Source of the DNA: Iphione sp. A-MEVVRFRX5
Taxonomy: Eukaryota
Length of the DNA: 64,000 nt
NCBI GenBank assembly: GCA_976226885.1
Contig: OZ320316.1
Coordinates: forward strand, 50,592,001-50,656,000
Direction of reading: 5' to 3'
The position numbers were made by a program, and so were the translations under genes. Positions 61,070 to 64,000 of this stretch are shown here, piece after piece (within the stretch, counting starts at the first letter, position 1; every line of letters begins with the position of its first letter). Below the pieces are notes generated by a model. That model was not told the origin of the DNA, did no database searches, and worked only from the letters and a program-made list of their open reading frames with translations.

Positions 61070-64000
61070 GTGAGTATCAAACACCAATCGGTTATGTTTC
61101 GTCTGGACCCCATACGTGAGCCAAAACGAGAATCTCTTAAAAACTCAGCCCCAACCTGGAAAAATTCAGACTACCTGACCAACAGTTGCTGCTTATAAAA
61201 TTGACCTAATATTGTCTTTACTTTGTTTTGTCTTTGTTCAGTTACAGTTACAATTACTTTAATATTACCATTAACCCTTTTCATGTTCTGTTGCAATAGC
61301 CTGTGTCAATTTTCTAAGCAGTAGGAGTATCGCTATACATGTATAAATATTACTGCTATATTGTACCTGCTTAACGAAAAAACACCTTTCAACTGGTGTT
61401 TCTGCGGAAATAAAAAAAGGAAACATCAAAGCCCAATCTTAATTAATGTCTCCTACAAATCCAGGTATAATCTTGTACCCAAGATTCATACTGGAGAAAC
61501 GTTCACCGACGATTCGGGTGCATTTCTCATTGTGAGCTTCATACTCTCCTTGAAGCGTCCTCTAATTTACTTTCAGGTGTGCATGCAGCATAGTTGTGTG
61601 TTTCCTTTGTGCAGTGGTCACCGTGGCAGTGCACACTATTACTTCCACTCTGCCTTATAGAAATTGCATCCATCCTTTAGCGCCAGCAGTTCTTCATGAC
61701 CATGTTAGCCGCGCACAGGCTTGGGGGGAAACAAACGACTGTTCTTGGTGTGGAGGCTCTATCACTTAAAACCTTCTTACGACTTGTTGCTATAATGTCG
61801 GCTTTTTTTGTCATCGGTGTGATGTGATTTCCAGCTGCTTTCAAGCAAACGACTAACACATCTGTTTGATTCAAGCTGTGCTCACAATCAATATTCTTAA
61901 AAATAATACAAAGACCTGGCTCGGTGTAAAAGGAACCCTTCTCTGGTAGCTATCGTGCTGGTGTGTTGTGTGGAATTTATTTCCTTTTTGTCCGAGCATC
62001 AAACCATAATATGAAATTTTTCTGTTTATATATTTACAACAATCTCAATTTGAACCATTCCTTTCTTTCTTGTTTGAACTAAAATAGGGAATACACTTAG
62101 ATTTATGTTGTGATGACATTAAAACTTAAATTATACAGCAAAACTTATTCAACTAAAATTGCAAAATCGGGGGTTCTATCTGGACAAGATTGGTCTAATA
62201 AGATACTGTCTTTCATTCTCTTGCAGAGTCAATACCAGGTTTTTATGCCTTTCTTTCTTTATTGTTTGGCAATTACTTCATGAAACTAAGAAATTGCGCC
62301 GCCAAACCTCAAATTATTCCTTTTGTCATGAAGGTGATTCTATTTTCTGTTTGAGAATAAAAAACAAATCTCCAAAGAGACCTTCTAGAACGATCTGTCG
62401 GCAAATCTACCGACGATGAACAGGTGTCTACTAAACGTGAGAGGTCTTAACTGTGCAGAAGAAGGAAAATAAAACATTATTCCCCGTGGGTATAACGAGA
62501 AACCATACATCTCACTGCATACGCTTTATCAGAACACTATACAAAACCGCATTGATGCTATGCCTTCTAGCCAAAGGAAACATTTCCTTGCCGTGAATAA
62601 CATAAACACAGAACATTTTTCTTTCGCGAAGATTTATTGATATCAGAGGAAACCCAGAAAAGCGTAGAATATTTTCACAAATTATCTCAGAAAACCACCT
62701 ATGCACATTACATTGACTCTTAAAATAGTAGGTGCACTGCCTCATTTGCTTGGCCTATGGTTGACGGTGTTACCCATGTCACTGGCGCTGAGGACGGCGG
62801 AGCAATTTCTTTGCCCTGGCCTAAGTAGCCCATGAAGGCAGATTTATCCGCCTATTTATGCCAACTAATCGGCGTTTGCATGTGTTTATCTTGTTCACCC
62901 GTGTTCAATTTTCAGTATTAAAAACAGAGCTATTACGTTGTGGAGGTTCTCAAAGAAATCAGTACGCTGCCTTATTCGTCCTGTTCAGAAAGTCATTTTA
63001 TAACTCTGCGCATGGGTTTTTCATTTCAATTTTGTTACATCCTTCCATTGAATATAATTTAAATACACATTTCAGGCAGAAAATGTACGGCTTTGGACAA
63101 TGACGCATTTTCAACACGTTATGGATGATAAAAGTAGCATTTATGTGAAAACCTGTATTGACTCTTTGGTTGTCTATGTTATCTAATGGCTACAATTCGA
63201 GATACACTAGACCTTCAGTTACGACATCTTCGATTCTTTTTATACATGGACAAGGCATTCCAGTTTTTCCATAAACACGTGGATATTGAATAATACAACA
63301 GAAACCCATGGAATTCAGGAAAGGAAATAGCTGAAATCTTATCCAATCGTCTGGTAAAATTGTATTTTTTCAACACATTATAAATTTGTATAAATGCTTG
63401 TGTGGATGCATGAATATCATTAAGATTCCCAATCCCAGCCAGGTCTCCTAATTGTGTTGTCTCATCTTGATTAAAGCCTTTAACCCCTCTCTATTCATAC
63501 TTACCGCCACCTGCCTATGGTCATTATTCACAAAACCCGTTTTCAGTGCCTTTATGGCTGCGGTACACGACAGTCCAGGAACGATCTGGTAAAGCAGGAA
63601 CTGACAAAGCCGGTTCTGCCTTTTCCCAGACTGCTCTCTACATGATGCATAAATGCACTCAAAACTCATGAATGAGGACTATAAAACATGTACATATAAA
63701 CTAGAAAACGTTTGCTTTGCACCAATTTCGCACATCGACACACACACACATGCAGTGCGATTCCCTTCTTGCTTCCTCAGATGTTCTCCTTGCACAAACT
63801 TGTCTGGCCTGCTCTGAACATGGCATTAACTTATACTACATGTATTTATTTTGTTATTACGCTATTTCTACCTGCCCCACCTGTGTCTGCTATGGCGTGA
63901 AAAACATTTAATTATTTCCTCAGCTTCTATTTGTTTCTAACTAATCACCTCCGGCGTGAGTGCTAATTAATTACAGTGGTAGAAAAAAGAACTGTTCTTT

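Noticed and set aside
63505-63600. 96-bp - strand AG..GTAAGT-bounded open segment (FLLYQIVPG...QVA)
   Set aside because: Weak polypyrimidine tract, no recognisable homology and no partner exons found.
1-64000. tRNA, snRNA, rRNA, CRISPR or prokaryotic-type systems
   Set aside because: Only isolated fragments were seen, such as the T-loop-like GTTTGAATCCC at about 51297 and the U1-like ATACTTACC at about 63497. None has the rest of the structure, and there are no repeat-spacer arrays.

Overview
This is eukaryotic (animal) genomic DNA of roughly 40% GC. It has spliceosomal GT-AG introns and a strong excess of the octamer TACATGTA, a style I associate with amphioxus (Branchiostoma); the species is an inference. 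Almost the whole window is one + strand, intron-rich gene for a secreted FACIT-type collagen (a collagen with an interrupted triple helix). I could thread 35 coding exons (6529-61069, 2658 nt, 886 codons) in one frame with consistent splice phases. They encode a signal peptide, a TSPN/laminin-G domain strongly resembling the NC4 domain of vertebrate collagen IX alpha1, a Pro/Thr-rich linker and a CxxxCP motif. These are followed by Gly-X-Y segments of 40, 27, 40, 48 and at least 22 triplets separated by short interruptions. No stop codon is reached, so the 3' end probably lies beyond 64000. The introns hold a dead CR1/L2-type LINE fragment, several non-autonomous DNA transposons with terminal inverted repeats (TIRs), one of them nested, microsatellites and a 90-nt near-perfect hairpin. 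The most interesting leads are the collagen architecture, a possible bidirectional promoter at about 890-1160, recursive-splice-like AG|GT junctions in the long introns, a candidate 18-nt microexon and the hairpin. I found no tRNA, rRNA, CRISPR array or prokaryote-like system. Nearly all ORFs in the supplied track look like intron noise or antisense shadows of the collagen exons. Comparisons with vertebrate proteins are recalled from memory and need an alignment to confirm.
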